A stretch of DNA of 64,000 nt from Cyanophora paradoxa CCMP329 (Eukaryota; Plantae; Glaucophyta), in assembly GCA_004431415.1 (NCBI GenBank), contig QPMI01000527.1, positions 1 to 64,000 on the forward strand, given 5' to 3'. Below the pieces are notes generated by a model that worked only from the letters and a program-made list of their open reading frames with translations, was not told where the DNA came from and did no database searches. This document shows, one piece after another, positions 22,444 through 35,700 of this stretch. How positions within the stretch are numbered: position 1 is the stretch's first letter; every line of letters starts with the position of its first letter. The position numbers and the translations under genes were made by a program.

Positions 22444-23245
22444 TTTTTTTTTGGTAAATTACCGGCCACAGTCTCTAGACACCAGCACTGCGGGGGCTGC
22501 CCAGGGGGCATAAAGACAAAAAAGCAAAATAACTAAGACAAGAGCACGAAGAAAGATAAGACAAAGAGCCAAAATCGACAATAAAAAAGAAAAGACACGG
22601 AGCTCGAGCTCGAGACAGATCGAGAAGAGACGAGAAATCGAGCAGATCTAGGGACAGAGGATGACTGACACGAAGAAGAGCCAGAGCTAGAGATACCATC
22701 AATATCGGAAGGAATTACATCACTAAGAAGCGGAGGACAAATTTGAGAAAGATAAATAACAGGAAGCAGACAAGTAAGAGGAACAACAAGACGACGCGGA
22801 GGCGGAGGCGAAGCAGGACGACGCGAAAGGGCAGAGCTACGGCACGAGGTCGAGGAGGACACAGGAGGCGGAGCAGGCGGATCAAGAGCAGGCAAAAGGA
22901 CAGTCAAAGGAATCACTAAAGCCGGCCGGGGTCGAGGCGGGCAGTCGAACTGCAAACGACGGCGAACAACAGGTCGAGCACGAGGACTATAGCTAGTATT
23001 GAAACTAACTCTAGCATCAACACTAGTACTACGATCAGAATCCGAACTAGACCGAACTAAACTATAAGACGAAGTACGCCGGCGCCGGCGGGATACGACC
23101 AGCGAAGCAGAAGACGAAGGCAAAGGCGGCGGTCCGGTATCAAGAACAAAGGCCGGAGGGTCCGGCCCGGCAAACCGCCGGAGGGAAGTAGAAGGAGACG
23201 CAGGCACGGCAAGCCGGCGACGGGTACGACCACGAGTCCAAAAAA
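22444..23245 (-). mobile_element. Retroposed insertion (SINE, truncated LINE or processed transcript)
   Basis: 15-bp direct repeat TAATTACAATTTACA at 22429-22443 and 23246-23260; T9 tract at the left end (minus-strand poly-A); strong purine skew unlike the flanks. Confidence 0.65.
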
Positions 23246-23366
23246 TAATTACAATTTACAATGGCCGGGGTCCGGGTTTATTAAATATATAACGCAGTAT
23301 ATTATATATAGCTACGTGACTCGGGGAGTCCGGATCCGGATGCCCGACTCGGGGAGTCCGGATGCC

Positions 23367-23529
23367 TACTGTAAACGTAGAAATGTTCGTCGAGACTTAA
23401 TTTCGACAAAACCCGAAAATCATGACGAAAATATGGTCGACAGCATCAAATTTTCGTCAGCCCCGCGACTCCGCCATAGAAGGGTCAGCCGTTAGTTTGA
23501 CGCTGTCGAAGATTCCTACGTTTACAGTA
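23367..23529. mobile_element. TA-flanked MITE
   Basis: TA-CTGTAAACGTAG ... CTACGTTTACAG-TA terminal inverted repeats. Confidence 0.7.
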
Positions 23530-24227
23530 CTACGGTACGTGACTCGGGGAGTCCGGAGTACGTGACTCGGGGAGTCCGGAGTACAGGCGCCGCGGCGGCC
23601 GGTAGTCTGTAGACTGAGACTGTAGGCTGTAGCTAAGAGCCTAGCTATAGCCTATAGGAGGCTAGGAGTCCTCAGGGCCTACGACTCCTACCCCGGTACC
23701 GGTAGGACTCGAGCTCCTAGCCTACTGCCGGCGTCTGCCGCATATGCATTAGTACTACTGTTACTAGTAGTACTGTACTAGCTATAGTACTAGTGCGGGC
23801 CCTGATGATGGGCCTGATCAGAGCTGGGGCCGGGGCCCGGGGGTGCGGGAATCCGGGATATCCGGATTCCGGACTCCGGGATCTGCCGCAGTGCGCCGAT
23901 ATCGCTTCGAATTCTGCGCGTGCGGTAGTAGTTAACGTACGTTCAACGGTTGCAAGCTTAAGCTCAGCTCCGCAGCATATGTATTACCGCCGGCGCTAGC
24001 GCTGCATACATGTACAACTTGTTGAACTTCACTCAGTGACTGTAAGTTCATACTAGGACACCGCGGCGGCCGGGCCGGCGTATACGTACTATGTAGTACG
24101 TACTGCATACAGCTACTTGACAAGTAATACGTATTCATCGCCGGGCCGCGCGTTTAGCTCGACTGCAGCCAGCGCAAGCTTAAGCTGCAGCCGTCCGGTC
24201 CGTTCAAACTGCAAGATATATAGGTTT

Positions 24228-27200
24228 ATGGCGCACGCCGGCTTCGTGCAAGCGCGAGGCCTCTGGGTGCTGTGCTTCGCCCTCGCTCTGCTTGATGAAG
24301 CGGCTGGTCGCATTGCGATTGCCCCTCAAGATCGCTTCATCGAGAACTTTGTCGCGACATCGAGCCCGGTGGAATTCGAAGGAAATGTCAGCTCAACAGA
24401 GTTCGCCAGCGGCATCGTTCACATTGCCATGTGGTCTGTTTGCTGGCTAGACTAGTGGCTAGCTCGGATCGCACTAAAGTTGCATCGCGGCACGCATGTG
24501 CAGGACCATCAGAGCCGAAGCAGAGGGGCACCGCGTCCAGCTGGAGTTAACATCGGTCACTGAAGGAGCCGAATTCCTACGGGTGCGCATATATATATAA
24601 ATGCGGGCACATGCCGCAGTGCATGTAAACATGCATATGCTAACGGCAAGATGCTTCGTGATCGCCTGGCAACGCAACATATACGCCCCATTAACGCCAT
24701 ATACATAGGTAATTGACTTCGGCGACCCTGCTTTTCTTCTGGCTCCATACATCGACACGGGCGAGCTACCAAAGAGATTCACGAGCACGTCGAACAGACT
24801 GCTTGTTCTCGGGTACAAGCCAGGCGACCGTCTATTTCGCGTTCCCTCTCGCATTGCGTTCAATGCAACGTACAAGAGTGTACCATCCAGCGGTGCGCAA
24901 AAACTCCTGAATAAAAAATTGCCTAAATATTTCGAGAGAACTCTCTGAGGCGGTCGAACCAACCCGCATACGTAGTTTACTAACATTAAATATTCGCAAA
25001 CTCGTAATCACATGCAAGCATTAAATATTCGCAAACTCGTAACATTTAATATTCGCAAACTCGTTCTGCAAAATTTACCTGACTTGCAACTGCACTCCGA
25101 CAGAGACACCCAGTCCAGCCACAGTTCTGCCGGTCGGCACGTCGATGCACGATAGCCCCGCGAACTTCGGTTACACGGCGGTCCCCGTGCCCCTTGGTGT
25201 TACGACCAACATATCATTGCCAGCCAACATTACATTACGAAGTCAACGCTACCTTCACATATGGTCTTATCCTCCGCTCCCCGTTCATAGATCTAAAGCC
25301 AGAGGCTGCAATCTTTTTAGCTTAATCGTTTCGGCGCAAAGAACAGAGAATTTTAAATGCAATCTTGAGAAGCGTTTACAAACTGATGAGTGTCTTGAAC
25401 AGGTCGGTAAAGACGGCCCCGAATGCCGGCTGTGACATCAGCACGCTTAAGAAAGTCGGGATTGAAGTGAGGGTGGAGCAAGGCGAGACCTTTCTCGAAG
25501 CCAACAAACACGTAATATCCGTGAGATCGATTTCTTTCTTTGACATTGCAGCGCGCACGGTTTAGAGTTTGAACTGTGTGCGCAGGTTTACCTCATGGAC
25601 ACGACCAACATCATTTTCCGATATTATACGGTCGACCTTAAGGCTAACCTTCAGACGGTTGTAAACAATTTCGACAACGTAAACGGGATGCTTGTGATTT
25701 TTCACGCGGCAACAGCCGACCCTGCCATTAATTATGGAGGCCTAAACCAGCCAGCGGTCGGAGAATTCGCATCGTTCAAGGCAGCAGCCACAATAAGTGC
25801 GGAAGCATAGCTCAAGATCGAAGCCGCGGCCGTCTTATTTCACCAGCTTTTGATTTCAATCTTCACAGAGCGCTGCGTCAGCGAAACACCGACGCCTGCA
25901 CCCTTTCACAGGTAAACGCGACTTCCCTCCTACCCGTTTTGTTTTTGAACGCTCGAACTCGGACTTAACCTTGTCGCAGCCCACAGCCCCCTCTGATTGA
26001 AATCGATACCGCGACGCCATCACCAGTCGCAAGCTTACTCCCAAGGTACCGGGCCCCAATATTAATGGCCACACCGTGGCACCGGACCGCCCTGCGCTTA
26101 AACGTGTCCATTGAAACTTCGCATTTTTATACTACTCCCGTAAATTAAAGCAATACACATTGTACGCAAATTTAAAGCGTCCGGATCCGGATCCTGCCAG
26201 CCTCAAGACCCTCTTTTAATAAACTAAGCTTTCCCCGCGCCCGCCCAAATTGACTCCGTGCGGGGCATTGTCGCCAGCACGAACTTCAACACTTCGGACT
26301 CCTGCCAAAGGGGCGGCGAGTCGGGCACTGCGCATTGTTCCGCCCTGTTGCCTTCCGCTTCCGCTTCCCCCTCCCCGTCCCCGTCCCCTACAAATACGGC
26401 CACCCTCTCTCCGGATCCACCAGGAGAAACGCCCTCCTCAAGGTCCGTTTCTTACTAAATATATATTCTGCATTTTGTAACAGCCGGGCGCCTTTCGAAT
26501 TCGCACCGTACGTGCGTCAACATTAATTCACACCTCGAGCTCGACCCGCAGCACGACCCCGCCGACAGCCCTAGATTATCCTATTCTGGTGCGCGATCGC
26601 TGGCCATGGCCCATGGCCATCAATATAGATACACGTCCGCGCCTCTTTTAATCTGTGCGCCTGCGCAGCCCGCCTTCTTGGAACCGAATAAGACTGTCAA
26701 CATAAATGGAGTACCGGTACATTCGAATTCGAATTTCGAATTCGTGCACTTGCGTATCTGCGTGCTATAGCTACTGATTGCTCAACCTCGGAACCGCGGC
26801 AGCTCTCAACTTCGTCGTTTGAAAAGATCACTGTGTGTATCTGCGTCTCTTCATTGCACGATTATCAAAATCATTTAGCAAGCGCCGCTTGTGCATCTAT
26901 ATATGCATCCTTCGGTCACGTGCACGTGTGCTGTAAAATAATATAATGCTGCCAGGACTAGGGTGGACGTCTTTGTACATGTCTTGGCTTATGCATCTTG
27001 CTCGCTGTCTCTCCCCCGTGCTCATCTGATCATGAACTGAAACAACCTCCCCCCGTGTTCCGCGTGCAGGAGAACAGCACGGATGTCTACGCGCTCGACC
27101 TGTTCCTGGTGTCCGAGCTCGAGCTAATGGGAAAAGAGGACGGAACCACTTCGGTGACTCTCGAAGTTACGGGCCTCCTCTCCGTGCGCCAAATGAAATA

Positions 27201-28317
27201 TACTGCGATGATATGGCATGGATCAGCGGCCGGCCTCGGGATCACGCTGCACCCATCTGATCATGACGGCCGTGCTCGCGCGCAGCCGGAGCAGCGGGTC
27301 ACGATTTACGTGATCGACAGCAATACCGGGGCCAGGTCTGCCCCGGCTGAGGACGTATCGGTCGTTGAATTGGGTTCAAAGGTCTTTCTAAATTTCAGTG
27401 CGTGCAAAGCAGTTGTAGCAGTCGGGTTTTTCACCATGCATGGCACTCAGTGACTGTACACCGCAGGGGCTCCCAAGAAAGCGATTGCGACTCGCGGACG
27501 CCGTCACGTCCTCTTCGAAGTCAACACGCAGGTTTGTTTGCGTGGGAAAAAGGAGAATTGTCGGCCATTCGAGCCGCAATATTGTTGGCCAAGCCGCGTC
27601 GACATCAATATACTTCGATTTTCAACTAAATATTACAGCTGCAGTGATCTCTGATCGATATTAATATTGCTCGCTGACACATCGCGCACTGTCTGCAGTA
27701 CAACATCCGGATCGAGCCCTCCGGCTTCGCCCCCGTGGTCCTGCAAAACGTTCGCGACGCCTTAGCGCGCGCAGGACACCGTATACGTACCCGCACCCGT
27801 GTCGTGGCTAACTGCGAGTCCGGATCCCGCAGGCGTTCATGTGGACCCCCGCGATCGACCCCGGCTTGATAAGCTCGATCGAGAGTTCCGTCGTACCGAC
27901 CTGGTCCACGCCCACACGCGCTAGCGGCACCAGTGCTAGCGCCCGCGCGAGCGCAGGAGCAACTGCGGTAAGCACATGCTTCTACTAGGCTAGAGCTGCA
28001 CATTTTAAAGGCATTTGCCATTGCCTCTGAATCGATGAAGCCATGGCAATTTAATACAACTTCGTCTTTTTTAATTTCCTTGTTTATATTTAATGGAGGA
28101 GCGCTTTCCGCAGCCTCTCGCGCTCCTCCTGCTCCTTCTCATCATCCCGGCATGCGGAATCGCTTTCTGGGCGTGGAAGAGGAGACAAGGCCGACGCAGT
28201 GATCACAGAGCAGCCAAGAAGGACGATAGCAATTGGCGCCACGTACGCGTCAACGCCTCAACAGATTTGGAAGAAAACGCCGACATCGACGTTCGAATTC
28301 GCAGGATCGAAATTTAA
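24228..28317 (+). CDS. Host multi-exon gene, probable type-I membrane/secreted protein; exon structure not resolved
   Basis: Signal peptide-like MAHAGFVQARGLWVLCFALALL; short exons bounded by ..GCAG acceptors; Pro/Ser linker (ASASPSPSPSPT); final TM ALLLLLLIIPACGIAFWAW followed by KRR. Confidence 0.5.
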
Positions 28318-29793
28318 AGCCGAGCATATGCACCGCTGAGCATTACGAGTAATTATATATAATGATCATGATGATCTGCAAGAGTGCGAGTGTGCCTCGC
28401 GATCGCTGCTGGAATGCTCGGGGGCTAGAATGCTGGAATACATGCGTATGGGGAACTCGAACGAGAGGGTTCGAATTCAAAGATTGTGTAGGACTAGAGT
28501 GTCACGGCTGCTCCAGATCCGGCTCCGACCGTCGGACTCGGCGAAGCTTCGGAAAGAAGTTTCGGAATCCGGCGAGCCCGGGGAGGGGGGGGGGGGGGGG
28601 GGGGGGGTTGCGTGGGGGTGGCCTCGGGGAGGGGCAAGGGGAGGCCTAGGGGAGGGGAGGGACCCTCATAACTCCTCAGGTGATCGACGCGGCGGCGTTC
28701 GCGCTGAGCTCCGCGCTAGAACGGTCACCGCCCGTGGAGCTGACGGGGCCGGGGAGTCGCAGGAAACCGCCACCCCGATGGATACGGCAGCGGGTCCGGC
28801 TGCGGCCGGCCAGGGCCGGGCCGGGCGCAGGCTCGGATGGAGCGCCCGGGGCCGACGCCTGGCAGGGGTAGGGGCGGGGGCAAGGGTAGGGGGCTCTCGA
28901 CGACCAGCGGGCTCGGCCGCCGGGCGCTAGGAGCCCCCTACCCGCTAGGAGCGACGACGTCAATATTAATGTTAATGCACCAGCTGTCCCGGCGTTCGCG
29001 CTGCTGCTGCCGCCGCTGCCGGCCGCGGCCACCGCTGCCGTCTGGTCCCAGGAGGGCCAAGGCCCTGCACTGCAGCTACGCCCGCGTCGGCGCCCTGCGG
29101 CCGCGGCCGGCGGCCCCGCCCCTCAAGATCTAGCCTCCAGCCGGGCGGGCGCCGACGTCGCCCAGAGGGGGCCGGGGCGACGGTGAGGCGGCCAAGCTTC
29201 AGCGGCTGCGCATGCGCAGGTACAGCTTGGCGCATGCGGCCAGCTCTATATAGAGCTAGCTGCAGCTGCAGGCTGCAGCTAGCGCTAGCGCTAGCGCTGC
29301 AGCCTGCACGAGTAGCTGCAGGCTGCAGCCTGCAGGCTGCAGGCTGCAGCTGCTCCGCGCCACGCCGCACAGCCGTTAAACGTTAACGTTAACGTTTGCA
29401 AATTTAAATGCTCGCGATCGCGATCGCTTCACCCCCAGCATCGGCGGGGGCCTGTGTCCGGGCCGGGTACGCGAATCAACGTCCGCGCTGCAGACTCGAG
29501 TCTGATCATGAGGGCAATGCGGCAGCGCAGCGTTTTCCAGCGCATTCTAGCTAGCTTGGTGTAGCATTCGGTGCACTTTCCGGCCGCCCCGTCCTGTCGC
29601 CTCCGAATCGCCGCTTCCGAGGAGCTCGAGCCGACAGTCACCTGCAGCTGCGCTCGCCGCACGACAAGAGGCGAAGAGACTGAAGTCAGGCGATCAGCCA
29701 GAGCGCTCGCGCGAAAGCCCAGCTCCAACTCTAGGCTCCGGAACACAGCTGCAGGAGACAGCCGCGCGCAGCAGCCGTAGCAGCAGCTGAGCC

Positions 29794-32700
29794 ATGTCGC
29801 GCAGCACGTGGGCGAACCCCGACCTCATCTCCTTGTTCGTTCAGTCCCCCCGGCCCGCGGCGCGGCACTCGACGCGCGCGTCGCAATTGCAACGTGCAAC
29901 ACGCGGCGCCGTCGAGCGCCCACTGGTACTGACTCTCCACCGCTCGCTCGCTCAGGCTGGAGAACGCATCTATGCGCTCCGGTGCGCGATTGCGCATGCA
30001 AGCGGCCCCGCTGCGCGCCGGCGCTCGCCCTCCGAGTCGTGGAAACTGTAACGCTCGAGCTCATCGATACCGCGATCGTTTCGCAGACGTATTCGAGGAC
30101 GAGGTGACAGCGAGGGAAGTTGTGCTCGCCTCGGTCTCCGCTTTCTTCGCGCTCGCCTACCAGGTCTGCGCGGCGAATCGAAGCTTTCGGAGCTAAGGTC
30201 CGCCTCTGATGGCGCGCTTGTCGCCGCAGGTTCTCCTGAAGGGCTCCATACACCGCGCGGCGTGGTTCAGGGCCCTCCTCAGCGCCGCGCAGCTTCTGGA
30301 TAGATTCAAGCTGACCGTGCTCGTCTGCGGCTTCGAGATCCTCGTGTACCCCTCACTTCCCGTGGACCATCCTCGGATAGCCTCCGTGTTCACCTTTCGG
30401 CCGGCGTACCCCCTCGACTCCGCGCGAACTTTCTTCTGGCTCTTCTTCGCGTACATGCTCGTCGTCGCGGGGGTAGTCCTTTTGATCGCGATCGGAGAGG
30501 CGCGATTCGAGAGGCAGGAGGCCATCCTCAGCGTACCCCCCTCTCCCCCGCTCCCGTTTTCTCTGTCCCCCCTCGACGATGTCCCGCAGTTCTTCCGGGG
30601 ATACGCGAACGCTTCCCTCTCGCTGCTGTACTCGTGCGCTGCGAATTCCCGCCCTGTACCCCCGCCCTCTCTGACCCCTTACCCCAGCCCGATGATGTTC
30701 TCCGCCCTACCCATGATGGCCTGCGACTCATACCGCGCCGGGGGTACCATGCTCTTCTTCCCGGACGAGGTGCGCCCGCTGCATCCTGTACCCCTTGTAC
30801 CTGTCACCCCGCTCAATCGCGGCCCCAGGCCTGCCCAACCTCGTACCCCTCCTTCTGGCTGGCCCTCGTCGTCGTCTGCACGGCCATCTCCTCAATGCAC
30901 CTCTACGCGTTTCTGTGCGTACCTCGGAATTGCCGTACCCCCCTGCGCTCACTCCCTTCGCTCAGGCGCATCGACCTGCACCGTACCCAGGGCTCCCTCT
31001 TCTCGCAGAACTGGTCCCGCCTGGACGTCGTTCTCACGTGCGTACCCCTTTCCCCTTCTGAGCCCCTCTGATCCCTGATCGCGGCCGTGTACCCCCAGGG
31101 CCGCCCTCTCGGCGTGCATGCTGAAGTCCGTCTTCCTGCGGGCCTACCCCGCCGCCTTCGCTGCGGTACAGGCCTTCGCCTCGGCCGGCGTGCTGGCCGG
31201 CACCCTCTACTACCTCCCGTACCGCCGGACGGCCGTGAACCTAGCGTCCGCGGCCTGGGCCGGGGCTAACCTCGGCCTCTCCGCCGCCCCGGCCTTCCTC
31301 CCCCACCTGGACGCCCCGCTCTACGCTTCGGCGTATGCCGCGCTCGCGGCCTGCGGCGCGGCGGGGGGCGCAATCGCCGCGCGGGCCCGCCTCAGTCGCG
31401 TCGCGTCGCGCCTTCCCCCCGCCGAGGACGAGGAGGCGGGGGAGGGGGAGGGGGAGGGGTACGCGGGCCGGGCGGCCCCCGAGCCCTTCGAGCGGCTCGC
31501 CGACGTCGACATCGCGCTGCGTCTCCTGGAGGCCCGGGAGGGGGGGTACGACGCCGTCGAGCCGCTCTTCCGGACCGCCCTCCGGCAGTGGCCGGACGAC
31601 CCCACCCTCCTCTGCACCGCCGGTGAGCTTTCTTTCCCTTGCCTTGTTCTCCCTTCCAAAGCGTGGGGGGTACAGCTGCGGCATACTTCGCGGCGGGAAA
31701 CGGGCCCCTCGCGACTGCGTACCTCAGACGGTGCCCCGCCCCCCCCCCCCCCCCCACCCCATCCCCCCCAACCCCCCCCCTCCTCTCCCCCCTCCGCCTC
31801 CCCTTCTCCCCCCTCCGCCTCCCTCTTCCGCTTCCACACCCTGCCCCCACCCCCGTCTCGCCCTCCCTCCCCCTCCTCCACCCCTCCTCCGTTTTCACCC
31901 CTCCCCTCCCCCTTCCCCTTCCCCCACCCTTCCCTCCTCCCCTCTCCCTTCCCCTCCCTTCCCCCTCCCGCCTCTCTTACCCAACTCCCCTCCCCCGCTT
32001 CACTCCCCTCACCCCCCTCACCCCCCCCTCTCCCCCTGAAATGCTCCCTCGTTTTCCGCACGCGCGCAGGGCCGCGCACACGCGCGGGGCGGCGGTGGAC
32101 GTCCTCTTCGCCATGTACGCGCTGGACCGCATGCGCAAGGAGCACCAGACCGACCGCGGCGAGGGTGCGTCGTCGTCGTCGTTGTTGTTGCTCGAACCCC
32201 GTCGCCCGTTCGCTTGCTGGCTTACGCGGCGCAGAGAACACGGACGTGGCGAGTCAGCTGGCGGCGGCGCAGGTGCTCCTTTCTACTGTGGCCGCTTCTT
32301 TTGGGGTTTTAATTTGCTGAGGGGTCGCCCGCAGGTCTACGAGGGGCGCACCCGCGCCCGCATCCGTCACTTGTACCCCCCTCCTTGTCCTGCGGCTCGC
32401 TGTAGCGCCTCTCTAAGTGACTTCGTTCGCAGCTGGGACCTCATCCTGCGGTCCGACGTCGACGTGGCCCTCATCCCAGAGTGCGCTTCCGTCGCCCCTC
32501 GCCGAAGCAAAGAGAATATTCGAATCGGCTCTGAGAAACGAAACGCGCAGCGCGGTGGCGGCGGTCGAGCGGACCAAGGCAAGGGCCGAGCACGTCTACG
32601 TAGCCCTCGCAAAGCAGTACCCCAACGTCGCCCGCGTCCACTCCGTACCCCCTTTGTTTTTATATTATAAGATCTGATACCTCTGCTTACTCTCGATCGC

Positions 32701-35700
32701 AGCACTTCTCGAGCTTTTTGATTGAGTTCAAGCAGGACTACGACGGGGCGTTAAAGGCTCTCCACAGGGCCGAGCGCGCAGAAGAGCTCCACCGCAGACG
32801 GGTACGTCATTCGTTCGTGCCTGCTGCTCGAGATTCGCTGAGAGTTTGTTCAGGCCGAGGAGGCGGCAGCGGAGCGGGAGGCAGCCGCTAAGGCGCGCCT
32901 GAGAACGCAGCGGGCGGGGGGCGCGGGCGCGCCGGGCGGCCCCGGCAACTCCCGCCGCGGGCCCGGGGCTCGGCCGCGGACGGCCGGCGCCGCCACCGGG
33001 TCGGCATCGGATGTTGAGCGGGGCTCGCCGGTGCCGGCACATGGGCCCGAGCAGCGGAGGGGAGATACGCGGCCCGCCTCCAGCCCGCGCCGCGCCGTCC
33101 AGCCGACCGCGGCCGTCGCGATCGACGTGTACCCCGTGCGGCCCCCGTTCCTAAGCACTAGAACTCCTTTCCTACTGACGCTGAGCAGCCCCCGGCCAAA
33201 CCGAGCGCGGACCCCCGCGCCCGTGCCCACGCCCACGCGTCCAGCGAACCAGAGACGCCAACGACAACGTCGATAACGGCCGCGGCCGGACTTGGCTCCC
33301 TCGCCAGCGCCCTCGCCGGGGCCCCCGCCGCCCGCCCTTCCCTCAGCCCGCGCCGCCTCGGGCCGCCCTCGAGACGGAACTCCCTCGCGGAATCGACCAA
33401 CGCGGGGCCGGGGTCGGGCGCGGGGCAGCAGCAGCAGCAGCAGCAGCCAGGGCGCAGGGGCTCTCTGGCGTCCCTCGCGGTCCTGACGGACCGCGCGCTC
33501 ATCCACTCGGCGCCGCTGTCCCAGCGGGACGCCCTCTCCTCATTCACAATCGGTGAGCGCGCCGCTATACATCTAAGGAGGAGAACGAGTGGAGAACTCT
33601 AACTGATGAACGTTTTCTAACTAACGTGTTCTAATAGATCTCTAACTGACGAATTTTCGAACGTTTCTAACTAACGTTTTCTAATAGACCGACACAACAT
33701 CCGCGACGTCATCCGACGCAAGTTCTATAGGGAGCGCATCTTCGGCAACCGGCCGCGGTGCGTTCGAATTCGTCCGTCCCGAGGGCGTCGTTCCGGATCC
33801 ATCGATATCCAGACACGCCGCGCTCCAAACTGATCGTATATGCAATCTGCGCTTGGCTTGGCTTGGCTATGAAGATAGAACTAGACGAGACGCCGGGCGC
33901 CACCGCCCAGCGCTTTGTTTTTACTTAGTTACGATCTTGGCTTGACCCCATTGCCAGGTCGCACGTGCGCCTCGTCGTTCTTTCAGTCGTCGCCGCCCTC
34001 GCCCTCGCCGCCGCCGCCGCCGCCCTTTACTCCGCGGTCCGCCGTTGTCGGCCTTCTTCCGAGAGAGAGAGATCTTTGCCTGACCCGCGGCCGCCGCGGC
34101 CCGCCCGCAGGCTCACTCGCTCCTCGCGCCGTACCCATCCGCCCTTCGCCGAGCCGTCGACGGCGTCGGCGCCCTGCGAGAGGTAACTTCTAATCCTCTA
34201 TATATCGCGCGACGTAGACGCAGCTGACTCTGCCTCGGCAGTCCGTGGCCCGCGTCGCCCTCGCCGCACGCCTCGCGCAGCTGCCGCCCCTCCCGGCCTC
34301 GTCGATGTCCCTGCCCCCGCCCCGCTCCGAGCTCTCCCTCCGCTCGGCCGCCCTCTCCGCGGCCGTCGAGGACATGTACCACTCGGGGTACGCCTTTTAT
34401 TCACTTTCGTACTCGCTCTGTACCCCTCGGAGCTCAGCGGCTTTGCAGGGACGTACCCTCCGATGAGGCGAGGCGCCTGTGGGAGGCGCCCGTCGTGCCT
34501 GTCCTTGAGTACGACGCAGGTACGCGTTTTCGATTTCTGCGCTATTTTTGGAACCAAATATGTACCCCAGACTGGGCGGAGCCGGCGGCAAAGGAGTCGG
34601 TACCCCTCGTCGACGCGCTAGAGCGGTACGCCCGCAGCGGGGCCGAGGCCGCGGAACCCTCTACCCCCCTCGTGGCCGGCTCGACGCCCTTCCGCTTCGT
34701 CGTGGACAACGCGGGCCCCGCGCTGCTCCCGGCGCTCTCGGCCCTCTCCGAGGCGTATGTCGCCGCGCTCCGCCGCGGCTCGGAGCGCGCCCTCGCGGCC
34801 GCGGCCGCCGCGTACGGCGCATCGCCCCTCGTGCGTGGGTCCCACCGCGCCGCAGAGCGGCAGCGGCGCGATCGCGTCGCGACCGCGACGCCTTAGCCTT
34901 AGGCTTAGCCTTCGCCCTCGCAGGTCGTCCTGGCGGCTGGGGTTGCTTTCGCCCTCCTGCTCCGGCAGTCCCTCTCCGAGAAGCGCTCCGCCGTCCTTCT
35001 CTTCTTCGAGATACCCCCGTGCGACGTCGACATTTCAGTTTGGAAGGCTTAAATCAGTTCTGACGCTTAAACCTTTTTTAGGAGCGTGGTGAGGCAGCTG
35101 CGGGAGGCGGCGGGGGCCGGCAGGAGCCGCGGCGCGCGCGCCCGGGAGGAGAGCCGCCTCGCCCGCCGCGCGTCGGACGGCGTTGTCGTCGGGATCGGCA
35201 GGGGCCGGAGGAGGAGGCGGAGCCAGGTAAACACTTGTTCTTGTTCTCAGTCAAATCAGCAAGCTTACGCCTTTAATTTTGGACGGCCGGTATCCTAACT
35301 AAAAGCCATTTGCGCAGGCTGGAGAGTCGGAGCCGCTGACGCGGGGCGCGCTGGCCGGCTCGGACCAATCGGAGCTCGACGAGAGCGTCAGCCGCGACGG
35401 CCGCACGGACGAGGAGGCACGTGCCCCATTCTTCCTCTTTTTTTGAGCGACAAGTAACTCTACCCCCAGCTTGAAGAGGTTCTGTACGACGTGGACAGGG
35501 ACACGTACGAGGCGCGTACCCCTCTTGGATAGTAGTGCCGAGAAGCTTATATATAATGCGAATTAAACGCGCCCTCCCCTGCAGATCCACCAGGTCAAGA
35601 AGCAGCGGACGCTGCTGCGGGTCTCCCTCCGGGCCGCCGCGTTCGCGATCGCGGCTCTGGCCCTTCCCACCGCCGCTTTCGTCACGGCCCTCTCCGCCTT

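Noticed and set aside
24984-25064. Three copies of CATT(A/T)AATATTCGCAAACTCGT as a regulatory element
   Set aside because: Similar small local duplications occur in many introns here (e.g. ~33600-33690, ~37320-37400); no specific evidence of function.
31735-32040. Proline-rich (extensin-like) coding region
   Set aside because: C-rich low-complexity tract lying between a GT donor and a GCGCAG acceptor; most likely intronic.
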